This document shows positions 63,336 to 64,000 of a stretch of DNA of 64,000 bases, in pieces. A program made the translations under genes and the position numbers. Source of the stretch: an uncultured Candidatus Rokubacteria bacterium (GTDB lineage Bacteria > Methylomirabilota > Methylomirabilia > Rokubacteriales > CSP1-6); contig CAVXJS010000010.1 of the NCBI GenBank assembly GCA_963762145.1, positions 256,001 through 320,000 on the forward strand, written 5' to 3'. The first letter of the stretch is position 1. Each line of letters starts with the position of its first letter. Under the pieces are notes generated by a model. The model did not search any database, was not told where the DNA came from, and saw only the letters and a program-made list of their open reading frames with translations.

Positions 63336-64000
63336 GACAACTCCCAGATTAAATACCCGGGGCGGTGGGGGAGAACACCTCCCTCGGCACCGCCTCCGCC
63401 GCGGGCGGTCGATGGACCGCCGGCGACGGAAGCGACGCCGTGAAAACCCTTGCCTCGCGTAGCAGCGCAGCCCGGGCCGGGGCCCCGGGGGGCCTCCGCG
63501 AGGGCAGCGCATCATCTATATATAGAAATCAGACCCGAGATTGAGAGGGCAAAGAGCGGGGTCTCGAAGAGACTGGAACGGTGGAGAGTGAAATCTAGTG
63601 AAATTATTGCGACATGTCAATATCGCCGGAATTTGGCTGCTTCAGGACGGACGTGCGGGAGCAGGGACCCGGCCAGGGGAACAATTGCATCCTCCGGTCC
63701 GGGCGAAGACGGGTGACGACCCGGAAGAATCCCCGACCGGGATCGGCCCGAGGCCCTTCCGGAACAAGTCTCGAATCGGCGCGAACATCTTCGGCGACTC
63801 CTGCGTCTACAGTGGCATGCAAGGCAAGGCGATGGCCCATGTGAGCGGCCTCGCCGAAGCGGCTCGAGGCACCGAAACGACCGAGGTCACGATGTTTGCC
63901 GTGTGGACCAGTCACCCCTGTAAGCGATCCGGAGCGGGTCGTCTCGCCGGTCAACCGGCGTATTCGCTGCCCGTCCCTCCGCTGCGCCTGTGACGCCCCG

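Noticed and set aside
63340-64000. Short ORFs in the lower-GC tail
   Set aside because: No motifs, poor codon bias and no clear SD; probably intergenic.

Overview
Very GC-rich bacterial window. Gene style and the dispersed palindromic repeats suggest Candidatus Rokubacteria/Methylomirabilota (inference only). Most of it is core chromosome. In order: (1) an aromatic/heterocycle catabolic cluster (Mo-hydroxylase fragment, cupin, LigB+LigA, FAH, amidohydrolase); (2) a long minus-strand housekeeping run (dciA, TPR, LolB-like, ispE, tRNA-Gln, prs, rplY, pth, mutS2, dnaG, rpoD, tRNA-Ile2, Zn-ribbon, rnhA); (3) rlmD with dppBC; (4) a secreted metallo-lactonase, His-rich Gld-like ABC and HupE/UreJ cluster; (5) MrfAB-like repair genes; (6) an Fe(III) ABC transporter with a DtxR/IdeR-type box; (7) CIRCE-groESL; (8) rpsF-ssb-rpsR-rplI-dnaB; (9) a sigma54 activator with an unannotated Cys-rich microprotein target and a short isocitrate lyase; (10) tatA and two KimA-like transporters. 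After an abrupt junction at about 59.4 kb come an RNA ligase fragment, two RlaP-type nucleotidyltransferases, an MBOAT gene and a degenerate HEAT-repeat gene. The region at about 15.9-25.4 kb is full of indels (probably assembly error). The most novel candidate is a leaderless 94-aa uORF with an N-terminal RR plus hydrophobic segment and a C-terminal RAPP arrest motif. Its 3' end can pair with the tatA Shine-Dalgarno, suggesting a SecM/ApdA-type monitoring system controlling TatA. No CRISPR array, rRNA or transposase was seen.
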